DNA of 64,000 bases. Source: a candidate division WOR-3 bacterium (GTDB taxonomy: Bacteria > Hydrothermota > 32-111). The stretch covers positions 320,001 to 384,000 of the forward strand of contig JBDRZU010000001.1 in NCBI GenBank assembly GCA_039804105.1, in the 5' to 3' direction. Below are positions 56,242 through 64,000 of the stretch, one piece after another. The position numbers and the translations under genes were made by a program. Numbering within the stretch: the stretch's first letter is position 1; each line of letters opens with the position of its first letter. The notes below the pieces were generated by a model. The model was given only the letters and a program-made list of their open reading frames with translations, did no database searches and was not told the DNA's origin.

Positions 56242-58003
56242 CTGTAATCCTTATATATTTTTCAACTATCATTTTTGTCATTTTTGCAGGATCATCACCA
56301 CCATGCCCTCCATTCTCTATAACCACTACTACAGCTATTCTGTTTTTCCCATTCTTATCAGTATAGAAAGAACCAAACCAGGCATGTGGTTCTCCTGAAG
56401 AATTTTCAGCTGTTCCAGTTTTTCCACTTATATAACCAAAACTCTTATCTATCCTTGCCGCAATTCCAGTTCCATTATCCGAATTCACAACATTGAACAA
56501 AGCCTTTTTTAAAAGTTCAAGATAAATTTTTTCAAATTTTATTTCCCTTATAATTTTTTTGTTATATCTATAAACGACTTCTCCATTTTTGGTTTTTACA
56601 GAATCAACCACATGTGGTTGTAAAATTTTACCATCATTTGCTACACATAAAAAAAGAGAAGCAACCTGTATCGGAGTAACAAGAATATCTCCCTGCCCTA
56701 TTGAGATATTTGCAATATGCCCTGTACCCCATGTATTTTTACCATATTTTTTGTTCAAAAATTTTGAATCTGGTATTATCCCTTTACTCTCTTCAAATAT
56801 ATCTATTCCAGTAAGTTCTCCAAATCCAAGCTCACCTGCACCTTTGTAAATTTCATCAACTCCAACTTTCATCCCTAGTTGATAAAAATATACATCACAA
56901 GAATTTATGAAAGCATCAAAAAGGTTGAGTTCATTATGAACATTCCAACATTTAAAAATTCTGTTTGATATCATTATACTTCCAAAACATGGTTGGAAAA
57001 AAGTGTTTGAATCAACTTTATCCTTCTCAAGACCAACCAAAAAAGTTACTATCTTAAAAACTGATCCTGGAGGATACAAACCATTGGTTGCTCTGTTTAA
57101 AAAGGGAGATAATCTATTAGTTCTCAAGAACTCCCAGACATCCTTTCTTATGCCTGTTATGAAAATGTTAGGGTCAAAAGATGGTTTTGAATACATTGAC
57201 AGAATTGCACTTTTTTCAACATCGATAACTATGGCTGTTCCACTCTGAAAATCTTTAAACAATGTATCAATATAACTCTGTAATCTATGATTTATACTTA
57301 TATAAATATCAAAACCGTTCAGTTTTTTTAATGAATTTTTTTGTTCGACCTCTCTGACGATATTCCCCTTTACATCCACTTCATAATATTTTATTCCATT
57401 TCTCCCTTTTAAATAAGTTTCATAACTTTTTTCTATTCCCGTCTTACCAATAAAATCTGACATACTATATCCCTTAACTTTTAGTTCAAGAAATTCATCC
57501 CCTGTTATTTTACCAACATATCCTATTATGTGTGAATAAAGTTCATTGTATGGATAAAATCTTTTAGGTTGATACCTTATATCAAATTCAGGAAATTTAT
57601 TTTTGTTTTCTTCGATATAGGAAACATCCTCTATATTGAGATTGTTTTTAAGACATATTTCTTTTTCTTGATTTCTTTTTGCATCACCAATCATCTGATT
57701 GATCGATTCTGGATCAATTTCAATTATTTTTGAGATATCGAGTATATTGTCTGCTGTAATATTAAATCTATCAAGATTACAGAACAAGGAAAAATATTTT
57801 TTTGATGTAGCAACTATTACAGAATCTGATGTTATAATATTACCTCTTACTGCAGGAACAATAATCTTTTTATAACTGTTACCTTCTGCGAGTGTTTTAT
57901 AATAGCGATTTTCAAAAAACTGCAAATTTATTATTGAGATCGATTGGATAAAAAAAAGAAATACAACAAGAATTATTAAGGTTGAAAACCTATCTTTGAA
58001 CAT
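56231..58003 (-). CDS. mrdA: Penicillin-binding protein 2
   Basis: PGSVFK (SxxK), SCD, KTGTAE; located within the mre cluster. Confidence 0.93.
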   Translation of the reverse strand: MFKDRFSTLIILVVFLFFIQSISIINLQFFENRYYKTLAEGNSYKKIIVPAVRGNIITSDSVIVATSKKYFSLFCNLDRFNITADNILDISKIIEIDPESINQMIGDAKRNQEKEICLKNNLNIEDVSYIEENKNKFPEFDIRYQPKRFYPYNELYSHIIGYVGKITGDEFLELKVKGYSMSDFIGKTGIEKSYETYLKGRNGIKYYEVDVKGNIVREVEQKNSLKKLNGFDIYISINHRLQSYIDTLFKDFQSGTAIVIDVEKSAILSMYSKPSFDPNIFITGIRKDVWEFLRTNRLSPFLNRATNGLYPPGSVFKIVTFLVGLEKDKVDSNTFFQPCFGSIMISNRIFKCWNVHNELNLFDAFINSCDVYFYQLGMKVGVDEIYKGAGELGFGELTGIDIFEESKGIIPDSKFLNKKYGKNTWGTGHIANISIGQGDILVTPIQVASLFLCVANDGKILQPHVVDSVKTKNGEVVYRYNKKIIREIKFEKIYLELLKKALFNVVNSDNGTGIAARIDKSFGYISGKTGTAENSSGEPHAWFGSFYTDKNGKNRIAVVVVIENGGHGGDDPAKMTKMIVEKYIRITDGY

Positions 58004-58472
58004 ATATTCTTTTTAAAAACCTGTTCAATATATGGAATATCGTATAAATAAAAACTGTATAAACGGGTATTATAAAAATAAAGATGAAAATTGTAAGTAT
58101 ACTTTTTGATTCGTTGAAATTTATTATAACGAGTATAAAACGGTATAAAAGGTCTGAAATCAGAACAAGTAACATTCTGTTTAAAAATCTTTCCTTATAG
58201 AAAAAATTACCAAACCTTGCTGTTATATAAGATATAAAAAGAAAAATTGAAGAGTGAAAGCCAAGAGATGTACCGGTTAACGCATCACAAAAAAAGCCAA
58301 TTATAAAAGAAAAAATATAGGTAAAAATCTCATCGAAATTTAAACACACAAATATAACAAGAATTATGATAAGGTCAGGTTGTATAATATATTTAATTGA
58401 AAGAAAAGGAGGAACAGTCGAAACGAAATAAAGAAAAAATAAAGATAAAATTATAACAAAAAAATATCTCAT
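57990..58472 (-). CDS. mreD: Rod shape-determining protein MreD
   Basis: Hydrophobic; PDL, G...D...G..LG motifs; synteny. Confidence 0.88.
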   Translation of the reverse strand: MRYFFVIILSLFFLYFVSTVPPFLSIKYIIQPDLIIILVIFVCLNFDEIFTYIFSFIIGFFCDALTGTSLGFHSSIFLFISYITARFGNFFYKERFLNRMLLVLISDLLYRFILVIINFNESKSILTIFIFIFIIPVYTVFIYTIFHILNRFLKRIYVQR

Positions 58473-59314
58473 TCAAAAACCCTTTTATATATTGTGTACC
58501 AACCTAATCTTGCTATCTCCTGTTTTTTTGTTTTTTCATATCTATTCCGATAAAATTCTTTATCCATTTTTAAAAGAAAAACCTCTTTTAAAGATAGAAT
58601 GTTTTCAAAAGGTTTTATAGCATAAAAAAAATCTCCATCTTCTAAAACTTCTATTTTAACTACATTTCCAACAGGTATATTTTCAGGGAAAATTTTTCCA
58701 AATCCACTTGTAAAAATTGAATCACCAATTTTTAACTTATTATCATATTGAACATTTTCAACTTTTAAAAGTCCTGTTTTATAAAAATAACATAACATAA
58801 AAAGTTTCTTTTCCTTATCCATCACTCCAACTTTAAAATTCGAATTGTTGAATGTTTCAACGACAGAGCTGTATCTATCGACCGATATAACTTTTCCAAC
58901 AATCCCCTTGCTTGAAAGAACAGGCATTCCTTCTTCAACACCATCAACTTTTCCTTTATCTATCGTTAAAAATTCTCCAGCAAATTTTTCCTGTGAAACC
59001 ACTTCTGAAAAAATAACTTCATGTTTAAATCTATCTTTCATCTGTAAAAGATTTCTCAAATTTTCATTTTCATACTCTAAAAACTTCAATCTGCTTATCT
59101 CAAGATTTTTTTGAAAGATCGTTGTTTTATCATCTTTTAAAATTTTTCTGTTCTGAAATGTTAAACCTATAAAGTCAACAAAAAAATTGAAGGGTTTCAC
59201 TGGATAGATCAATAAATTTTTAAAAGAATAGAAGGTAAATTTACTTGAAAGAATCATAAAAAGAATAGATACAAAAAAAAGGAAAAAGAAGAAAATCTTG
59301 GATCTTGATCTCAT
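58469..59314 (-). CDS. mreC: Rod shape-determining protein MreC
   Basis: EN..LR.LL, IDKG...GV..GMPV....GIVG, TSG.G.IFP..IPVG. Confidence 0.93.
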   Translation of the reverse strand: MRSRSKIFFFFLFFVSILFMILSSKFTFYSFKNLLIYPVKPFNFFVDFIGLTFQNRKILKDDKTTIFQKNLEISRLKFLEYENENLRNLLQMKDRFKHEVIFSEVVSQEKFAGEFLTIDKGKVDGVEEGMPVLSSKGIVGKVISVDRYSSVVETFNNSNFKVGVMDKEKKLFMLCYFYKTGLLKVENVQYDNKLKIGDSIFTSGFGKIFPENIPVGNVVKIEVLEDGDFFYAIKPFENILSLKEVFLLKMDKEFYRNRYEKTKKQEIARLGWYTIYKRVFE

Positions 59315-59324
59315 TTTTTTACTG

Positions 59325-60371
59325 CTATCTTGATGTTTGAATTATAATTTTCTCATAAAAAGAAAGATTTTCAAGTATCTTACCACTACCCCGAACAACA
59401 CATTCTATAGGATTCTCTGCAATAGTCACCTTCAGACCTGTTTCTTTTGATACAAGTTTATCAAAATTTTTTAAAAGTGAGCCACCACCTGTCATAACAA
59501 TACCCTGATCTATAATATCCGAAGCTAGTTCTGGAGGTGTTTTTTCAAGTGCCTGTTTGATCGCCGAAACAATCATATATACGGGTTCTTTTAGAGCTTC
59601 CCTAATCTCCTCAGATGTTAATTTTATCGTTTTTGGAATCCCTTCAACAAGATCAACCCCCTTGATTTCAAGTTCAAGTTCTTGTTCAAGTTTATATGCT
59701 GAACCTATTGTTGTTTTTATCTTTTCAGTCGTTTGTTCTCCAATAAGAAGGTTATAGTTCTTTTTAACATACTGTATTATCGCTTCATCCATCTCATCCC
59801 CACCAACTCTTATCGAGTTATTGGTTACAATTCCATTTAGGGCGATGACCGCAATTTCGCTCGTTCCTCCACCAATGTCGATTATCATACTTCCTTTTGG
59901 TTGATCAACCGGAAGTCCAACACCAACAGCTGCTGCAACGGGTTCTGAAACCAAAAAAACATCTCTGACACCCGAATGTTCAACAGAGTCCCTTACTGCT
60001 CTCATCTCGACAGCGGTTATTCCAGATGGAACACAAACTATAACTCTTGGTCTTATGATTATTTTAGATTTTTCAACTTTTGTAATAAAGTATCTTAACA
60101 TTTCTTCAACAACTTCAAAATCTGCTATAACACCATCTTTCATAGGTCTTACAGCTTTTATCTCCTGTGGAGTTTTCCCAAGCATTTCTTTTGCTTGATA
60201 ACCAACAGCAAGAGGTTTATTTGTTCTCAAATCTATCGCAACAACAGATGGTTCATTTAAAACTATTCCTTCATTTTTCATATAAATCAGGGTTGAAGCG
60301 GTTCCAAGATCAATAGCGATATCATTTGATATAAATGAATTGAAAAAAGATTTCAAATTAAATGGTTTCAT
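59325..60371 (-). CDS. mreB: Actin-like protein MreB
   Basis: IDLGTA, EPSVVA, RPMKDGVIADF, DIGGGT, TPPELASDI, TGGG. Confidence 0.97.
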   Translation of the reverse strand: MKPFNLKSFFNSFISNDIAIDLGTASTLIYMKNEGIVLNEPSVVAIDLRTNKPLAVGYQAKEMLGKTPQEIKAVRPMKDGVIADFEVVEEMLRYFITKVEKSKIIIRPRVIVCVPSGITAVEMRAVRDSVEHSGVRDVFLVSEPVAAAVGVGLPVDQPKGSMIIDIGGGTSEIAVIALNGIVTNNSIRVGGDEMDEAIIQYVKKNYNLLIGEQTTEKIKTTIGSAYKLEQELELEIKGVDLVEGIPKTIKLTSEEIREALKEPVYMIVSAIKQALEKTPPELASDIIDQGIVMTGGGSLLKNFDKLVSKETGLKVTIAENPIECVVRGSGKILENLSFYEKIIIQTSR

Positions 60372-60389
60372 TTCTCCTCCAGGAGAGAA

Positions 60390-61034
60390 TCAATAGATAT
60401 TCAGGATATATATAGAATTTTCAAGTTCTTCAGAAGAATCATCAAAATAATCTTTTCTTTTAACCTTATAATTTTGGTTATTTTCAAGGAATTTGTTAAT
60501 AGGATCGATTGGGAAATCAACGAACTCTGTTTTGTAATGCATCGGGAAAACATATAGTGGTGATATATTTTCAATAATATTTTTCGCTTCCTTATAATCA
60601 ATTGTAAAATATCCACCTACAGGGATCATGATGATATAAGGATCCAAAAGTTTTTTTAAAACATCAGAGGGAGGTATATGCCCTAAATCTCCAAAATGTA
60701 TTATTTTGCCTTTCTCTGTATGAACCACAAAAACAATGTTCTCTCCTCTTTTTTTACCTTTATCATGATCATGAAATGTTTTTATACCTTCTATTTTTAT
60801 ATTGTCGATAGTGAAAACACCTTCTCTGTCAATTATTTTTGGGTTATTTTTGAAATCTCTGAAATTATGGTCTGAATGGTTATGTGATATCAAAACGACA
60901 TCTGGATTTTCGAAATTCCCACTGTACCTAAAGGAAGACCCGTATCCATCTTTATGGTACGGGTCAAAAATTATCTTTTTGTTTTCTATATTGAGTTGAA
61001 ATGATGCGTGGCCATACCACACAATCTTCATCAT
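60390..61034 (-). CDS. MBL-fold metallo-hydrolase
   Basis: W.GHA.F, DP, SHNHSDH, H.GDLG, PVGG, PMHY. Confidence 0.9.
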   Translation of the reverse strand: MMKIVWYGHASFQLNIENKKIIFDPYHKDGYGSSFRYSGNFENPDVVLISHNHSDHNFRDFKNNPKIIDREGVFTIDNIKIEGIKTFHDHDKGKKRGENIVFVVHTEKGKIIHFGDLGHIPPSDVLKKLLDPYIIMIPVGGYFTIDYKEAKNIIENISPLYVFPMHYKTEFVDFPIDPINKFLENNQNYKVKRKDYFDDSSEELENSIYILNIY

Positions 61035-61288
61035 TCCTTCCCTTCAACAAAAACCTTTTTTCTGAACTTTCCAAATCTTTGAAATTTAACCACTCCATCT
61101 ATCATTGCAAAAAGAGTGTTATCTGAACCGATTCCTACATTCATTCCTGGATGAAACACTGTCCCCTTCTGTCTTACGAGTATAGTCCCTGCTTTTACAA
61201 ATTCTCCTTCTGACCTTTTCACTCCTAAATATTTTGGGTTCGAATCTCTTCCATTTCTTGATGACCCTACTCCTTTCTTGTGTGCCAT
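61031..61288 (-). CDS. rpmA: 50S ribosomal protein L27
   Basis: [16 protein letters not shown]...ILVRQKGT. Confidence 0.98.
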   Translation of the reverse strand: MAHKKGVGSSRNGRDSNPKYLGVKRSEGEFVKAGTILVRQKGTVFHPGMNVGIGSDNTLFAMIDGVVKFQRFGKFRKKVFVEGKE

Positions 61289-61297
61289 AAATCCTCC

Positions 61298-61615
61298 TTA
61301 GGGTGTAACTATTTTTTCTATTTTGGCAAGCGTATACATATCTCTATACCCTTTTATCCTTTTATAGTTTGATCTTCTTCTGAACTTCATAACTTCTATT
61401 TTCTTGCCTTTTCCCTCATCTATAAGTTCTAAAACAACCTTTGCACCTTTAACATAAGGTTTTCCAATATTAAATCCTTTATCGTTTTGAACAAAAAGGA
61501 CTTTATCTGTTTCGATCTTTTTTCCTTTTTCAAAATTATCAATTTTTGTCAACTTGATGGTTTGATTTTCTTCAACCTTGTATTGAAATCCGTTGATCTC
61601 TACTATTGCAAACAT
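61298..61615 (-). CDS. rplU: 50S ribosomal protein L21
   Basis: MFAIVEING.QYKV, IG.PYV.GAKV, adjacent to rpmA. Confidence 0.96.
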   Translation of the reverse strand: MFAIVEINGFQYKVEENQTIKLTKIDNFEKGKKIETDKVLFVQNDKGFNIGKPYVKGAKVVLELIDEGKGKKIEVMKFRRRSNYKRIKGYRDMYTLAKIEKIVTP

Positions 61616-61980
61616 TATTTTCCTCCTTCATTTGTAGGTAAATTGTTTAAAGGTAAAGTTGGATTCTGCTGTTGTGTATTTTGATTTGGAACATTCTGTG
61701 GGACTTCGTTTTGAACAGGGATCTTATTCTCTATCTTTATCGATTGTGTTCTATTCGCCTTACTTGTCATAATCGCAAGTGAAAAACTTGTGATCATGAA
61801 AATAACAGCGAGTACTGCAGTTGTTTTTGTTAAAAAGTTTTCAGCCCCAAAACCAGACAAAAGATTTTCTGAAGAACCACCAAACATTTCAGACATTCCA
61901 CCTTTTGATTGTTGTAACAGTATCAGAACAACCAAAAGTACTGATACAAGAATATGGATTATTAAAACCAATGTAAACAA
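61615..61980 (-). CDS. secG: Preprotein translocase subunit SecG
   Basis: ILLQQSKGG....FGG, FLTKTT; follows tpiA. Confidence 0.93.
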   Translation of the reverse strand: MFTLVLIIHILVSVLLVVLILLQQSKGGMSEMFGGSSENLLSGFGAENFLTKTTAVLAVIFMITSFSLAIMTSKANRTQSIKIENKIPVQNEVPQNVPNQNTQQQNPTLPLNNLPTNEGGK

Positions 61981-61992
61981 TTTAACAACCTC

Positions 61993-62748
61993 CTAAATTA
62001 AACTTTTATTAACTGTTTCAATTATCCTTGCGAACTTTTCACCTTTCAAAGATGCACCACCAACAAGGACTCCATCAACATCATCCTCTCTGAAAAGATC
62101 TTTCACATTTTCATCAGTTACACTACCACCATAAAGTATTGAAATTTCACAGGAGATATTCTTTCCAAATAAAAAAGAAAGTTGCTCTCTTATGAAAGCA
62201 TGCATCTCCTGTGCATCAAATGGTGTAGCATTCTTACCTGTACCTATCGCCCACACAGGTTCATACGCTATTATAATGTTTTTGAAATTATTTTCAATAC
62301 CCCCAAGACAGATTTTTAACTGATTCTCTACAATAAATTTTTGTTTATTCAAACTTCTCTCTTCCTCTTTTTCTCCAACGCAAAGTATCGGTTTAATGCT
62401 TGTTGTGAGTATCTTTTTCAATTTTAAAGATATCATCTTGTCATCCTCTTTAAAAATATTCCTTCTTTCAGAATGCCCCAGAATAACATATTCACATCCA
62501 AACTCTTCAAGAAATTTGTAAGATATTTCACCAGTGTATGCACCTTTATCCTCATAAAATACATTTTGAGCACCTATTTTGATTCTACTTCCCTTTAAAC
62601 TATCCTTGAATTTCCAGATATGGGTGAACGGTGGGAAAACAATAATTTCAACATCATCCTTCTTTTCTTCTGAAATCTTTTTTACCTGTTCGATATCATC
62701 AATAAGGTTCATCTTCCAGTTACCTGCAACATAAACTTTTCTCATCAT
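61993..62748 (-). CDS. tpiA: Triosephosphate isomerase
   Basis: AGNWKMN, GHSERR, AYEPVWAIGTG, LYGGSV, LVGGASL. Confidence 0.98.
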   Translation of the reverse strand: MMRKVYVAGNWKMNLIDDIEQVKKISEEKKDDVEIIVFPPFTHIWKFKDSLKGSRIKIGAQNVFYEDKGAYTGEISYKFLEEFGCEYVILGHSERRNIFKEDDKMISLKLKKILTTSIKPILCVGEKEEERSLNKQKFIVENQLKICLGGIENNFKNIIIAYEPVWAIGTGKNATPFDAQEMHAFIREQLSFLFGKNISCEISILYGGSVTDENVKDLFREDDVDGVLVGGASLKGEKFARIIETVNKSLI

Positions 62749-63932
62749 TCCTCCTGAAGAACTTTTATTCCTGGCATCTCAACACCACCTAAAAATTCGA
62801 GCATCGCTCCCCCACCTGTTGAAATAAATGAAAATGAAGATGAAAGATTGAGTTTATCAATTGCAAGTAAACTGTCACCACCACCTGCCACTGTAAAAGC
62901 TCCCTTTTTTGTTTCCTCTGCTATCGCTCTACCTATCTCAAGTGTCCCCTTTTCAAATAAGCTGTTTTCAAAATATCCCATCGGCCCATTCCAGACAATG
63001 GTCTTTGAATCTTTTAAAGCAGCTTTAAAAATTTCTGTCGAAAGTGGGCCTATATCAAGACCTATATCGTCGTTTTCGAACGATTCTCTTTTTTCAACCC
63101 TTTTCTTTTCTCCGTCCAAATTCTTTGCAACAATAAAATCGAGTGGTAAAAGAATGTTTACCATCTTTTCGTTAGCGATTTTAAATATCTTTTTACATTC
63201 TTCGATCATATCATCTTCAACAAGAGATTTCCCAACAGAAAATCCCTGTGATTTTAAAAATGTGAACGATAAAGCCCCTCCGATAATTATAGTCGAAGCA
63301 TTGTTCATGATATTATCTATGATGGTTAGTTTTGTTGAAACTTTTGAACCACCAACCACAAAAACATACGGTTTTAGAGGATTTTCGTTCAATTTTGAAA
63401 GATTTTCGATCTCCTTTGAGAGTAAAAAACCTGCACATCTATCTTTGATCTTTAAGGGAAGATGGTATATGGATGCTTCCTTTCTGTGGGAAACAGCAAA
63501 TCCGTCGTTAACATAAATTTCTCCAAAAGAAAGAAGTTTGTTTACATAACTCTCTTCTCCATCCTTTTCACCTTTGAAGAATCTCACATTTTCAAACATG
63601 ATGATTGAGGGATATGGAAGAGAATCTATTTTTTCTTTTATTCCATCACTAAGGAAATCTTCAATGAACACAACTTCTTTTTTAAGCAATTTTTCAAGTT
63701 CTTCTTTAACAGGTAATAACGAAAATTGTCTGTCAAAACCTTTTGGTCGACCAAGGTGGGAAAGTATTATTATTTTTGCACCGTTTTCAATTAGATATTT
63801 TAAAGTTGGTAAGCTTTCAACAATCCTTTTGTTTTCAAGAACCTTCCCATTCTCGATCGGGACATTGTAATCTACCCTTATCAGAACTTTTTTATTTTTC
63901 ACATTTATCTGATCAACTTTTTTTAACCTCAT
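62745..63932 (-). CDS. pgk: Phosphoglycerate kinase; likely start at ATG 63932
   Basis: RVDYNVP, SHLGRP, ENVRF, WNGPMG, GGGDS, STGGGA. Confidence 0.97.
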   Translation of the reverse strand: MRLKKVDQINVKNKKVLIRVDYNVPIENGKVLENKRIVESLPTLKYLIENGAKIIILSHLGRPKGFDRQFSLLPVKEELEKLLKKEVVFIEDFLSDGIKEKIDSLPYPSIIMFENVRFFKGEKDGEESYVNKLLSFGEIYVNDGFAVSHRKEASIYHLPLKIKDRCAGFLLSKEIENLSKLNENPLKPYVFVVGGSKVSTKLTIIDNIMNNASTIIIGGALSFTFLKSQGFSVGKSLVEDDMIEECKKIFKIANEKMVNILLPLDFIVAKNLDGEKKRVEKRESFENDDIGLDIGPLSTEIFKAALKDSKTIVWNGPMGYFENSLFEKGTLEIGRAIAEETKKGAFTVAGGGDSLLAIDKLNLSSSFSFISTGGGAMLEFLGGVEMPGIKVLQEE

Positions 63933-63934
63933 AA

Positions 63935-64000
63935 TCACCTCATTATGTATTCGGTTAGATCCACAACTCTACAAGAATAACCCATCTCGTTGTCATACCA
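63935..64000 (-). CDS. gap: Glyceraldehyde-3-phosphate dehydrogenase, C-terminal end (partial)
   Basis: My translation WYDNEMGYSCRVVDLTEYIMR* matches the GAPDH C-terminal motif; directly upstream of pgk. Confidence 0.93.
   Translation of the reverse strand, partial: WYDNEMGYSCRVVDLTEYIMR

Noticed and set aside
62848..63516. 222-aa plus-strand ORF
   Set aside because: Shadow of pgk on the opposite strand
1..64000. CRISPR array, rRNA, riboswitch or alternative genetic code
   Set aside because: No regularly spaced repeats or recognisable structured-RNA motifs in the short intergenic regions; conserved genes end normally at TAA, TAG or TGA

Overview
AT-rich bacterial chromosome segment, almost entirely coded on the minus strand. 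I found no mobile element, prophage or CRISPR array. C-terminal T9SS/FlgD-like sorting domains on secreted proteases suggest an FCB-superphylum-related lineage such as WOR-3/TA06 (inference only). The window holds: pruA; small lipoproteins; an RRM RNA-binding protein; tadA; a cluster of three large secreted proteins (lamin-tail protein, C25 gingipain-like protease, S8 protease); lemA-htpX; a membrane pyrophosphatase; an Orn/Lys/Arg decarboxylase; rimO; an 11-kb signalling cluster; der/plsY; rocD; sugar-nucleotide genes; the gap-pgk-tpiA-secG-rplU-rpmA-mreBCD-mrdA-rodA-comF run; and 8 tRNAs. The best candidate for an undescribed system is the signalling cluster at 28107-39196. It combines a hybrid kinase, a sigma54 activator, a pseudo-kinase, a CheR-like/TPR protein, a PilB/GspE ATPase fused to a receiver domain and a degenerate HD-GYP regulator, and it is preceded by variant sigma54-like promoters (GG-N10-GT) that also occur ahead of the S8 protease. 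Other notable signals: an RRM gene enclosed by complementary 5'/3' UTR sequences with a leaderless uORF, a bias to 16-bp promoter spacers, several leaderless genes, tRNAs embedded in or overlapping operons, a candidate sRNA and a possible -1 frameshift. All calls come from reading motifs by eye; no database searches were run.
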